A stretch of DNA of 64,000 nucleotides, from assembly GCA_000092065.1 (NCBI GenBank), contig CP000586.1. One strand, 5' to 3'. The position numbers and the translations under genes are program-made. Below are positions 8,942 to 18,105 of this stretch, piece by piece (within the stretch, counting starts at the first letter, position 1; each line of letters begins with the position of its first letter). Below the pieces are notes generated by a model. It was not told the origin of the DNA. It saw only the letters and a list, made by a program, of their open reading frames with translations, and did no database searches. Source of the stretch: Ostreococcus lucimarinus (Eukaryota).

Positions 8942-10861
8942 ATGTCGCGCCCGTTCGAGCGCTTCGACGTCCCGGGCGCGCGCGACGGCGCCGTTTCGAA
9001 CGAGCGCGGCGTGCGCGCGACGCGAACGATCCCCGCCGGCGCGCGCATAATGACCACGGAGCCTTACGCCGCGGCGCTGCGCGCGGAGAAGCGCGAGAGC
9101 CACTGCGCGTGGTCGTTTCAACCGCTGCGCCTCGGCGCGCGCGCGCGCGTCGCGCGCGCGGCGTGCGGCGCGGCGTTCCGAGACGAAGAGAGCCTGAAAC
9201 TCGCGAACACCGTCGAGGCGTTCGAACGCGCGAGCGCGTGGGTGCGAAAGTCGAGTCGAGGAACGCCGGAGACGTCGGCGCGGTGCGCGCTGCAGTGCCT
9301 GGCGCGACGCGCGGGCGAGCGGGACGGGACGTGCGAACGCGCGCGGTACGAACTGTTGGGAGAAGACGCGCGGGGATTCGATGGGGTGTGGGCGCTGAGG
9401 GAATCGAGGGGACGCGATGGGAAGAGCGCGCGGGAATTGGAGAAGGCGATGGAAATCGCGAGCGCGGCGACGGTGGTGGCGGCGCTCGCGGGCGAGGCGA
9501 TGGTGAAGGGGGCGACGCCGGAGGAGATAGAGACGAAAATGCTCAACCTGAAGGTCGAGTCGGGGGTCGACACGCAGTTTGTGATCTCGTTGTTGTCGCG
9601 ATTTGAAATTAATGGGTTCACCATCGCGGACGACGACATGCAACGCGTCGGTTTCGGGATTTATCCCGAGGCGTCTCTGTTTAATCACTCGAGCACGCCC
9701 AACGCGCAGGTGATGTTCAAGGGTAAGACGCTCGTGGTGAAGACGTTGAGGGAAATCGCGGTCGGCGAGGAAATCACGATCTCGTACGGCGAGCAGTACA
9801 TGCCGCGAGAATGGACGAGACGCCGGATGCTCTCGTCGTACGGTTTCGACGCATATGCGGCGTACCCCAAGTATGAAGTCGCGGAAGCGGCGCGGCGACG
9901 AGTCTTGGACGCCGCGACGCGAACGCGGCTTCCCATGCGATTGGGCGAACTAGTCGATTTAGGCGAGGACGTGTGCTGGTATGCGGGCGAACTTCTTCCC
10001 GACGAAGATCTCGCGCGCGACCGGTTTTGGCACCAACTCGACGTCGACGCGTACGGGGACGAGTTTGCAAACTCTGGAATCATGCTCATCAAAGACGAAT
10101 CACGCGCACGCAAAACGAGCGATGATGACGACGACGATCACGACGACGGTTGGAACGAAAACAATGAGATCATGATTTGGGGCAAATTCCCAGAACATTG
10201 CGACCGCGAGCTCACCGCCATTAATTTTGCCAACGCCGCGCGCTCGCTCGAACTTCTCGGCGCGGATGGCGAAGACGACGACGAGGACGACGATCGCGAT
10301 CCCGTGATCGCATTGCAGGGCTATGAGAAAGTGGCGCGCGCGTTGTTATCAGGAGACGATAAAGCAGCCGCAGTGGGAAGAAATCACGAGATATTAAAGC
10401 ACGTCAATCTAAAACGGACGTTGAAGTTGACGGAACTCACGGCGCGCGTGATGCGAGATTTTGATGAACGCAAATCTGCGTGTTTCGTTGCCGTGGTGGA
10501 AAGTTCCGTGGGGGCATTTCGCGCGTGTCAAGCCACTGAAACGGTGTACAAAATGAGCGCCGGATTCAGCCCGTTCGATTCCGTGTACGTCCATCTTAAA
10601 TTTCAAATGCTCAAGCTCGGCGTCTTGGCGTTGGGGTACCTCGCGCACCTGTGCGATCAGAGCGGTGCGCGCGCTGACTATCGCAAGCTCGCTCGTGAGT
10701 TGTGCCGACACGCGATTCTTACCCATAACGAACTCAAAACTGTCATGAGTAAAGCGAGCTGCGACGGCATGGTGATGCACAACGAGTGGAGTCGAGATGC
10801 TCAATCACTTTTCGCCGACTTGAGCTTCATTCGTCAACGCATCCAACAGTGGGGGAAATAG
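8942..10861 (+). CDS. SET-domain protein (split SET; LSMT/SMYD-like lysine methyltransferase)
   Basis: The N-terminal SET region (FERFDVPGARDGAVSNERGVRATRTIPAGARI) and the C-terminal SET motifs (FNHSSTPNAQV…EITISYG) are separated by an insert. Confidence 0.75.
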   Translation: MSRPFERFDVPGARDGAVSNERGVRATRTIPAGARIMTTEPYAAALRAEKRESHCAWSFQPLRLGARARVARAACGAAFRDEESLKLANTVEAFERASAWVRKSSRGTPETSARCALQCLARRAGERDGTCERARYELLGEDARGFDGVWALRESRGRDGKSARELEKAMEIASAATVVAALAGEAMVKGATPEEIETKMLNLKVESGVDTQFVISLLSRFEINGFTIADDDMQRVGFGIYPEASLFNHSSTPNAQVMFKGKTLVVKTLREIAVGEEITISYGEQYMPREWTRRRMLSSYGFDAYAAYPKYEVAEAARRRVLDAATRTRLPMRLGELVDLGEDVCWYAGELLPDEDLARDRFWHQLDVDAYGDEFANSGIMLIKDESRARKTSDDDDDDHDDGWNENNEIMIWGKFPEHCDRELTAINFANAARSLELLGADGEDDDEDDDRDPVIALQGYEKVARALLSGDDKAAAVGRNHEILKHVNLKRTLKLTELTARVMRDFDERKSACFVAVVESSVGAFRACQATETVYKMSAGFSPFDSVYVHLKFQMLKLGVLALGYLAHLCDQSGARADYRKLARELCRHAILTHNELKTVMSKASCDGMVMHNEWSRDAQSLFADLSFIRQRIQQWGK

Positions 10862-10938
10862 AGGAATAGGGATCGTTGATAGCTGCGCAATTTCGTATTG
10901 TTACAAGTAGTACCAGTAGTCAGTCTAGAAATGGTACG

Positions 10939-12402
10939 TCACGATTCGTCGACGCTCATCGCGAAACGCGGCGCCACGCCGGTTTGGACGTAGTCAACCT
11001 TCCAACCTGATCGAATCATCGACGCTTCGAAGTCGGCGACGCGCTCGTCAGCGTATGCGTACGCACGGGATCTCGATTTTGTCTCGTCCACGCGAAGCTT
11101 TTGACACGCTAACGCGGCGGCGAGCATATCGCGTGACGTCGCGTGCTCGAGCAGGAGCACCGAGGCGACGTCGTCGCGTTTGGGATCCCATCCCAACACG
11201 TACGATCGACCTTTCGCGAGGCGTACGGCGTCGGTGAACGCGTTCCAATCCTCGCCGATTTCGCTCGGTGATGCTCCGTACGAGGGCGTCGTCGCCGTGC
11301 GACGCGGTTTGTACACGCCCTCCATGTCGGCGACGACGACGCAGTCGGGAAGTTCCTCGTCCTCGTTCGCCACGAACGCCTCCGCGAGCTTCAACAATCG
11401 AAACCGATTGAGCGTATCAAACTTCAGCGATTTGGCCGCTTGCCAACACGCGAACACGTGAACGCCGATGACGCCACCATAGGCACCGAACGCCGCGACG
11501 AACGCGCCGAACTCGTCGCCATCCGCCGCGAGATCCGCCGCCGCCGCGCTCACGAGCTGAAACACCTGAATCCCCGCCGGAAGCGCTATGAGCGCCAACC
11601 ATCGCCCCTGTACCTCGAGTTTGGCACGAATGTCCCCTAAATTATTATTTCGCCCGAAATGTTGCATGAACGTCCCGTTCAACAGGCTCCCTCGTCCCGT
11701 CAACGCCGCCGCTCTGACAAACGTCGCCGACGCCGCCAACGGCAAAAACAACCCCGGTGCCGCCGGCGTCACCAACTCTATCGCTCGCGCCACGTCCTCG
11801 AGCGTATTCGACAACCCCCACCATCGTTTCGGGTCCTCGTCGTACCTCTGTCCCCCGAACGACCCCGCGATGAGCGTCGCGAACGATCCCACGCCGTCCT
11901 TCAGCACCCACTTCGCCGCCGCCGTCAGCGGCAGCGCCCCCGGCGTGTTTCCCATCCCCAGCGCCACCAGCAGCGACTGCGCGCTCATTATCTCCAGCAC
12001 GTCCCTAAACAGCAGCGACAACAGCTGCCAGCGCAACCATTCGACGTAATCCGCGCTCGTCGTCGCCGGGAATCCGCTCGGCAGAAAGATTCTTCGCAGC
12101 TCCGGCATCACGCTCGCCCGCTCCCGTCCCGTCGCCGCGTCGATCGGTCGCGCGCGTCGCATCGACCGCGACGCGTCCGCGCTCGCGATCCACCTCGCGC
12201 TCGCCTGCGCGCCGCGCATCTCGACCACGTCGAGGCGTCCCGGCGTCGCCGACGACGTCGTCGGCGCGTCATCGTCCGACGTCGCGTCGCGCGCGCGCCG
12301 CGCGCCGCCTCGGCGCGCCGGCGCGGCGCGCGAGAGGTCTCGGCGCGCGCGCGACGGCGCGCGCGCGACGTTCGCGCCTCGGCGCGGCGCCGACGCGCGC
12401 AT
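10939..12402 (-). CDS. RUS / DUF647 family protein (ROOT UV-B SENSITIVE-like)
   Basis: DUF647-like block: FLPSGFPATTSADYVEWLRWQLLSLLFRDVLEIMSAQSLLVALG…KWVLKDGVGSFATL…. The true start may be a later ATG (MRGAQ…, MRRARP…), because the ORF start lies only 17 bp from the neighbouring divergent ORF. Confidence 0.7.
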   Translation of the reverse strand: MRASAPRRGANVARAPSRARRDLSRAAPARRGGARRARDATSDDDAPTTSSATPGRLDVVEMRGAQASARWIASADASRSMRRARPIDAATGRERASVMPELRRIFLPSGFPATTSADYVEWLRWQLLSLLFRDVLEIMSAQSLLVALGMGNTPGALPLTAAAKWVLKDGVGSFATLIAGSFGGQRYDEDPKRWWGLSNTLEDVARAIELVTPAAPGLFLPLAASATFVRAAALTGRGSLLNGTFMQHFGRNNNLGDIRAKLEVQGRWLALIALPAGIQVFQLVSAAAADLAADGDEFGAFVAAFGAYGGVIGVHVFACWQAAKSLKFDTLNRFRLLKLAEAFVANEDEELPDCVVVADMEGVYKPRRTATTPSYGASPSEIGEDWNAFTDAVRLAKGRSYVLGWDPKRDDVASVLLLEHATSRDMLAAALACQKLRVDETKSRSRAYAYADERVADFEASMIRSGWKVDYVQTGVAPRFAMSVDES

Positions 12403-12418
12403 GACGCGGCGTCGATGA

Positions 12419-13213
12419 TTGACGACGACGCATCACTCGGCGACGCGCGACGCGCGACGCGCATCGCCCGAGGCGCGCCCTCGACGCCGCGCGACGACGC
12501 GCGCGATGCCGCGCGCGACGACGCGCGCGACGACGCGCGCGACGACGCGCGCGACGACGCGCGCCGCGACGACGGCGACGCGACGCTCGAGGACGACGCG
12601 CGCGGCGCGAGCGACGACGCGACGACGCGCGACGTCGATCGAGGACGTCCCTCCCGAAGACGTCGCCATCGTGGTCGAACTGCTGGACAGCGAGTCGGGG
12701 GAGGAGGTGACGGAGAAGGTGGACGCGATGGCGAAGGGCGGGTTGCTCACGGCGGGCGTCGTCGAGGCGGCGCGCGTCATCGTCGAGGCGAATCGACAGA
12801 GTGGACAAGACCCCGACGTCGTGGCGCTGCTGGAAGACGTGTATAAAACGTTGGATGTGAGACTGCGCGAGATGGCGGCGACGCAGGTGAAGGATGCGCT
12901 GACGTTCGCGCAGGAATTGATGAAGTATTTCACGGCGGAGGATTTGGAGCGCGACGAATCGGTGGCGGTGACGAAGGTGCAGTTGATGATGCGAGAGGAG
13001 TTCGAGAGGCCGGGAGGGGTGTCGAGGGAAGCGTTGGCGAAATATCTCGACGAGGTGTTGCCGGTGATGGATCAACAGGACGAGAGAATACAGAGCGGGT
13101 TGGAGACGGCGACGACGCCCGAGCAACAGGCGCAAATCGTTCAGCTGATGATGCAACGCACGAAGGAGCGCATGCAAATCGAATTCATTCGCGATTGCGC
13201 GGCGGGAATTTGA
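12419..13213 (+). CDS. Hypothetical conserved protein with an (ATTR)n N-terminal repeat encoded by a 12-bp tandem repeat
   Basis: The C-terminal ~180 aa are non-repetitive and protein-like. The N-terminal part may be a presequence or 5'UTR. Confidence 0.5.
   Translation: MTTTHHSATRDARRASPEARPRRRATTRAMPRATTRATTRATTRATTRAATTATRRSRTTRAARATTRRRATSIEDVPPEDVAIVVELLDSESGEEVTEKVDAMAKGGLLTAGVVEAARVIVEANRQSGQDPDVVALLEDVYKTLDVRLREMAATQVKDALTFAQELMKYFTAEDLERDESVAVTKVQLMMREEFERPGGVSREALAKYLDEVLPVMDQQDERIQSGLETATTPEQQAQIVQLMMQRTKERMQIEFIRDCAAGI
12487..12575. repeat. 12-bp tandem repeat (gacgacgcgcgc)n, about 6 copies, some degenerate
   Basis: Read directly: gcgcgacgacgc is repeated from ~12513 to 12560, with degenerate copies on each side. 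Confidence 0.8.
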
Positions 13214-13263
13214 GCGCGATGGACGGTGATTTTTAATATCAAAACTACTAATACTGACGACGA

Positions 13264-14256
13264 CTAATTGAAGCGTAAACCAAACTTTGATTGCCCCCCC
13301 CTCGATTGGCCGCGCAGCTCGGCGCCGCCCGCGAGGCCCATGTCGAAATTCGCCTTGCTCTCGACTTGCGTGCCCGACGCGGCGAATCCAGTGCCTCCTT
13401 TTTGCAGTTTAATGACATCCTTATCGGGTCGAATCTTCACACCGTCGTACGCGCCCTCTTTCTCGACGACTCGCTTGAAACCTTCCTCCGAAATCGCCGT
13501 CCCCGTCGGCTTGAGCACGACGATGGCCGTGGCGTTCGTAAACGTCTTATACGTGATCGGACACATGTACTTCCCGCTCTCCCCCTCTCGCACTTTCGTC
13601 CACTTGATCGTCACTAAATCCTTCATCCGCAACCTCTCCAACGTCGTCGGACACTTGGTCTCCTTCTCCGGCTTCTCCTTCGCTCGCGTCAACCCGTCGT
13701 CGACGCCGCCGTCCACCCTCCAAAACCCATCCATCGTCGCCGCGCGCGTCGCGTTCACCTCCATCGCCTGTCGCGACGCCGCGCCCGCGTACGCTTTCCC
13801 CTCGCCCTCGACCTCGTCCGTCGTCCCTCCCCCGCCGTGATTCGCCGCGTGAAACGCCGCCAGCTCGACGCGTCGCCGCTTCGCGTCCCGCGCGTCGTCC
13901 GCCCTCGCCTCCGCCTCCTTCGCCCGCGCGTGCTCTCGCGCCTTCCGCTCGAACTCCCGCCTCTGATCGACGAGACATTGCACGATCGCGCCTCGATCGT
14001 ACACCACGCCTCGCGGCGTGCACACGCCGTCGTCCGTCGTCGACAGCGTCAGCGCGCACGCGTCGAAATCCTTCACCGTCTCCCGCCCGAGTCGCTCGCG
14101 CACGGTCCCGTATCCCAGCGCGCGCCGCTCCGCGTGCGTCAGCGCCTCGGAACCGAGCGTCCCGGCCTGCTTGGAGTGCTTCTTCGTGCTCCCGCGCGCC
14201 ATGACGCGCGCGATTCTGTCGTCAAAAAGCGTCGACGCGCGGCGTTCGCGACGCAC
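13264..14256 (-). CDS. NOSIP: NOSIP-like split U-box protein (nitric oxide synthase-interacting protein family)
   Basis: N-terminal half U-box: KDFDACALTLSTTDDGVCTPRGVVYDRGAIVQCLVDQRREFERKARE. C-terminal half: KYMCPITYKTFTNATAIVVLKPTGTAISEEGFKRVV…DVIKLQKGGTGFAASG. Both match the characteristic NOSIP layout. Confidence 0.8.
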   Translation of the reverse strand: MRRERRASTLFDDRIARVMARGSTKKHSKQAGTLGSEALTHAERRALGYGTVRERLGRETVKDFDACALTLSTTDDGVCTPRGVVYDRGAIVQCLVDQRREFERKAREHARAKEAEARADDARDAKRRRVELAAFHAANHGGGGTTDEVEGEGKAYAGAASRQAMEVNATRAATMDGFWRVDGGVDDGLTRAKEKPEKETKCPTTLERLRMKDLVTIKWTKVREGESGKYMCPITYKTFTNATAIVVLKPTGTAISEEGFKRVVEKEGAYDGVKIRPDKDVIKLQKGGTGFAASGTQVESKANFDMGLAGGAELRGQSRGGQSKFGLRFN

Positions 14257-14348
14257 TCGTCGACGCTTCGAGCCGCGCGCGCGCGCGCGTCGCGACCGCG
14301 ACGGCGACGACGCGGCGCGCGCGATTCTCGTCGCGTCGCCGCTTCGCG

Positions 14349-15512
14349 ATGCGCGCGTCGTGGGTCGAGGTGTCGACGCCGCGTCGTCCGCGTTCGAGTG
14401 CGCTCGCGCGCGTCGTCGAATCCTGCGTCGCCGGCGCGTCGAGCGACCTCGCGAGCGGCGACGACGCGCGCGCGCGCGTCGTCGCGACCGCGGTCGTGAA
14501 GCGCGGCGCCTCGGCGCTCGGCGCGGCGTCGGAGGAGTTCGGCGGGACGGCGCCGCGCGGGTTGGCGCGCGCGACGACGGCGCGGCTGCGAGCGCTGGGC
14601 GTCTCGGACGCCGTCGTCGACGAGTGCGGACGACGGTTTTGGCGCTCGAGCGATGGTGCGGAGGTGGTGGTGCCGACGTCGAGCGTCGGGTGGTTGACGC
14701 ACGCGAAGGCGCAGTATTGCGCGGCGAGGCGGGACGGAAACGTGGACGCGGCGAGCGAGCGGGACGGGACGGGACGGGCGACGCGGGACATCGCGGTGGG
14801 CGAGACGCTGACGGTGCGCGCGGAGGAGAGCGAGGGCGATGGGGGGAGCGGTGGATGGGTGGGCGCGTCGGCGGTGCGCGCGGAGGAGGGCGAGCGAGGA
14901 GACGGGTTGTTGCGGTGGTTGACGACGGCGGCGCCGGCGGCGTTGCGATCGAAGGCGGACGGATCCGTCGGCGTCTTCGCGCTCGAGGACGTCGCCGCGG
15001 GGCGGACGCTGGATTTTTCGATGAAACGTGTGGATGAAATCGTGCGCGGGAGCCCGCTCGTGGGCGAGGAGGTGCACGGGAAGTTGGCCAAGGCGTTTCG
15101 GCGTCACGGCGCCGCGGGCGAAGCCGCGCTCGAACGATTACGAAGACGATTTCCTTTTTCGAAGACGTACCAGACGTTCCCGATGTTCGGCGCGTTCGAT
15201 GAGATTACGACGCTGAGCGCGATTAGTCACGCGGACGAGCCGAATTTGGCCCGCGAGGCGAACGCGCCGCTCGGCGCGCGATTCGTCGCGACGCGAGACG
15301 TCGCCGCGGGCGAGGAGTTCACGTTGCATCGCGGACGCGACTGCATTTTAGAGGTGCCAGGCACGGGTGGGTTTTTAGCGCACTACGAGTGGGCCGTAGA
15401 GGGTAAGGAGGCGCCGTGGGAGCGCGCGGGCGCGGGAGGACGCGCGCGCGGCGGGATAGACTATAGCAAGTGGGACGACGTCGCGTCGAGCTCATCGGAG
15501 GATTTAGATTAA
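14349..15512 (+). CDS. Putative SET-domain protein (divergent)
   Basis: The C-terminal region has SET-like motifs: ISHADEPN resembles NHSCxPN, and RFVATRDVAAGEEFTL resembles the post-NHSC motif. The N-terminal 120 aa are R/A-rich. Confidence 0.5.
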   Translation: MRASWVEVSTPRRPRSSALARVVESCVAGASSDLASGDDARARVVATAVVKRGASALGAASEEFGGTAPRGLARATTARLRALGVSDAVVDECGRRFWRSSDGAEVVVPTSSVGWLTHAKAQYCAARRDGNVDAASERDGTGRATRDIAVGETLTVRAEESEGDGGSGGWVGASAVRAEEGERGDGLLRWLTTAAPAALRSKADGSVGVFALEDVAAGRTLDFSMKRVDEIVRGSPLVGEEVHGKLAKAFRRHGAAGEAALERLRRRFPFSKTYQTFPMFGAFDEITTLSAISHADEPNLAREANAPLGARFVATRDVAAGEEFTLHRGRDCILEVPGTGGFLAHYEWAVEGKEAPWERAGAGGRARGGIDYSKWDDVASSSSEDLD

Positions 15513-15527
15513 TTTTAGAGCGCGCCG

Positions 15528-17129
15528 CTATCGTTTACAATCGTCTAAGTGCGCGTTTATCTCGCTCGCGATGTACTCGGCTTCCCTTCGACTCAAGCTC
15601 GCTAAAATCGGCACCATCGTGTCGTCCTCGCGTTTGATATAAATCAAACCGTCCGGGCGAACGAAGCAGCCTTCTAAATCGGCGGTTTCGCCCACCTTGT
15701 CGATGAATTTCATCCCACCCCCTTCGCACGCGACGCGATAGTTTTCTCGGTCGATGAAGACGTCACCCTTCGCGACGAAAGATCGCACGACTTCGCCGGA
15801 CAAGTCCGCGCCGACTTTCCAAAAAGGTAACGAAAATAACGCCATGAGCCACGCGCCGGACGCCAACACGCCAGCCGTCCATAATCCCGTGATCGCGGTC
15901 CACGTGATGCCAAAGAATGCTTTGTACAACACATCACCATTCGCACCTGAGGGCGGAATCGCGATTGATACTGAATTTCCGGCGTCGCGAACGAGCTCGG
16001 TGACCATGGTTTTCGGTTTCGGCGAGCCGCGCGGTGCGAGAGGTTCCGGCGCATAAATGGGCACCGTCGGCGTACGTTCCACCACGTCGTCGCTTCGACC
16101 GCGAAAATTTCTACCACTCACCATGGGAGTCGCGGCGGAATTCAGCGCGTCTAGCGCCTCTCGAGGCGTGCGAAACCGATCTTCCGGCGACGGCTCGAGC
16201 AAGCGCTCGAGCACCGAGCGCAAGCGACGATCTTCGATGTAAACTTCGTCGAAATTTACCTTCAATCGCTCTGTTTTGAACCCACTCGGCGGTCGTCCAC
16301 TCAGCAGAAACAACACCGTCGCGCCGACGCCGTACTGATCGCTCTTCGGCGATGAACCTCCCATGAGCGTTTCCGGCGCCATGTAACCGAAAGTTCCGAC
16401 CACCGTCGATCCGAACGAATCAGAATCGATCGCCGCCGCCGCGGCACCGCCGAAATCAACCAAAAACACGCGTTCCCCATCGTCATCGATCACCACATTC
16501 GCCGGCTTCACGTCTCTGTGCACCACCGGCGGTCGCAACGAGCTCGTGTATTCGAGCGTCTCCAGCAACTGTCTCAAAATTTCGCGCGCCTCGCGTTCCG
16601 TCGGACGCCACCCTTCGCCCACTTTATCCTCTAAATTTCGACCGACCGCTAAACGTTGCACCAAGACGTACCTTCGATCGAACTCGCTGTCCAGCGTGAA
16701 CGAATCGACGTACTCGGGCACGCGCTCGAAGTCGAGCGCTCTGAGCGTCGCACACTCGCGCTCGAACAATTCTACCGCCTTGAAACCCCCGTTCGTCGAG
16801 CGGCCGCGGCCGCGAAGCGTGAGCGTCTTCAGCGCGACGTCCGCGCCGTTCGACTCGCACCGCGCGCGATACGTCACCGCGCTCGAGCCGGCGCCCAGGC
16901 GCTCCAACAGTTGGAACTTTTCGCCGCTGGGACTCGTCAGGGACGTCCCGACGTCGACGTCGTCGTCCGCGAAGCCGCGCGCGCGCGCGCGCGCGCGCGG
17001 GCGTCGACGTCGTCGCGACCGGGGCGCTTCGAGCGCGCGGGCGCGCGCCGAGGGCGCGGTGAAGGACGACGCGCGAGCCATGAGGCGCGAAGTGGCGCGA
17101 AGCGCGCGAGACGCTGAATTTACAATCAT
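15528..17129 (-). CDS. Ser/Thr protein kinase with an N-terminal transit-peptide-like presequence and a C-terminal region with two predicted transmembrane helices
   Basis: Kinase motifs: GAGSSAVTY…VALK (GxGxxG/VAxK), HRDVKPANV, DFG, GTFGYMAPE. The C-terminus has hydrophobic stretches ITWTAITGLWTAGVLASGAWLMALFSLPFW. The first ATG at 17129 directly abuts the stop of the upstream ORF, and a later ATG (MARASSF…) is possible. Confidence 0.85.
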   Translation of the reverse strand: MIVNSASRALRATSRLMARASSFTAPSARARALEAPRSRRRRRPRARARARGFADDDVDVGTSLTSPSGEKFQLLERLGAGSSAVTYRARCESNGADVALKTLTLRGRGRSTNGGFKAVELFERECATLRALDFERVPEYVDSFTLDSEFDRRYVLVQRLAVGRNLEDKVGEGWRPTEREAREILRQLLETLEYTSSLRPPVVHRDVKPANVVIDDDGERVFLVDFGGAAAAAIDSDSFGSTVVGTFGYMAPETLMGGSSPKSDQYGVGATVLFLLSGRPPSGFKTERLKVNFDEVYIEDRRLRSVLERLLEPSPEDRFRTPREALDALNSAATPMVSGRNFRGRSDDVVERTPTVPIYAPEPLAPRGSPKPKTMVTELVRDAGNSVSIAIPPSGANGDVLYKAFFGITWTAITGLWTAGVLASGAWLMALFSLPFWKVGADLSGEVVRSFVAKGDVFIDRENYRVACEGGGMKFIDKVGETADLEGCFVRPDGLIYIKREDDTMVPILASLSRREAEYIASEINAHLDDCKR

Positions 17130-17951
17130 CTAAGACGACCGCGCGTCCGCGGCGGTGGCGTAACGACCGCCGGCGACGGTCTGATAATTCGCCCTTCGCT
17201 CGCGCTTGGTCGGAACGTTCCCGGAAGGCACGCCCGTGGCGAGCTCGACGCCCGCGTCGTCGACGAGGACGAAGCGCGAGAAATCGTCGCCCCCAGCCCC
17301 GGGCACCCACACGAGCTTCCACGCCACTCTCGATTGAAATTGCACGTGCGCGACGTCTGCCGGTGGTTCCTGCGCGCTGCCGAGTATGCACGTGCACCAC
17401 GACCCGCCCTCGCCCATGGTATCGTCGCGCGCCGCTCGGATGCCTTCGCCGAGGGGATTATCATACGCCATCCCCGCGACGCGTCCCTGATTTTTGTTAT
17501 CGGCGTGCTCGAGAATCATCGTCGTCGCGTCGACGTGATTAAAATCGTTGAAGCAGTGTCCGGTGTTGCCCTTACCGGGCGGCACGTTCGTGAGGTCCTT
17601 CAGTCCCGCGGCCCAGAGCAATTTCGGTCGCACCGTCGCGTCCCAGTCTCCGCTCAGCGTCTCTTCGCTCAGGCTCGCCGCGCGCGCGCGTCCGTTCGCC
17701 GTGCGCTCGAGCGCGGTGCCGGGGTATTCGTTCATGCCGTCGCCGAGCGACGCTCTGGCGCGCGTGCCGTACGTCGCCGCGTCGCTCGAGCGCGCGAAGA
17801 CCAAAAGCGCGGCGCCGAGCGACGCGAGCGTCGAACGACGACGGAGACCGACCGACGACGACGACGACGACGACGACGCGCGCGCGCGTTTACTCGCGTG
17901 CGTTCGCACGGCGGCGCGCGTCGCCGAGGCGGTGACGCGGAACGCGCTCAT
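17130..17951 (-). CDS. Hypothetical His/Cys-containing protein with a bipartite presequence (S/R-rich region, then RRR plus a hydrophobic core resembling a Tat-type lumen signal)
   Basis: MSAFRVTASATRAAVRTHASKRARASSSSSSSSVGLRRRSTLASLGAALLVFARSSDAA… followed by …NTGHCFNDFNHVD…EHADNKNQ…GGSWCTCILG…. I recognise no domain. Stop TAG lies at 17132..17130. Confidence 0.5.
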   Translation of the reverse strand: MSAFRVTASATRAAVRTHASKRARASSSSSSSSVGLRRRSTLASLGAALLVFARSSDAATYGTRARASLGDGMNEYPGTALERTANGRARAASLSEETLSGDWDATVRPKLLWAAGLKDLTNVPPGKGNTGHCFNDFNHVDATTMILEHADNKNQGRVAGMAYDNPLGEGIRAARDDTMGEGGSWCTCILGSAQEPPADVAHVQFQSRVAWKLVWVPGAGGDDFSRFVLVDDAGVELATGVPSGNVPTKRERRANYQTVAGGRYATAADARSS

Positions 17952-17972
17952 GCGCGCGCGAGTCTGACGTCA

Positions 17973-18002
17973 GCGAACGAGCGCGAACGAGCGCGAACGA
18001 GC
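17973..18002. repeat. 10-bp tandem repeat (gcgaacgagc)x3, plus a nearby aaacgaaac(t) mini-repeat at 18033..18062
   Basis: Read directly in the spacer between two minus-strand genes. Confidence 0.7.
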
Positions 18003-18105
18003 GCGCGACGCGTCGCGACGCGTGCTGACACTAAACGAAACGAAACTAAACGAAACTAAACCACGAATGCCCACGAAAATCGAATCGAATCGTCTCGCGC
18101 GGCGC

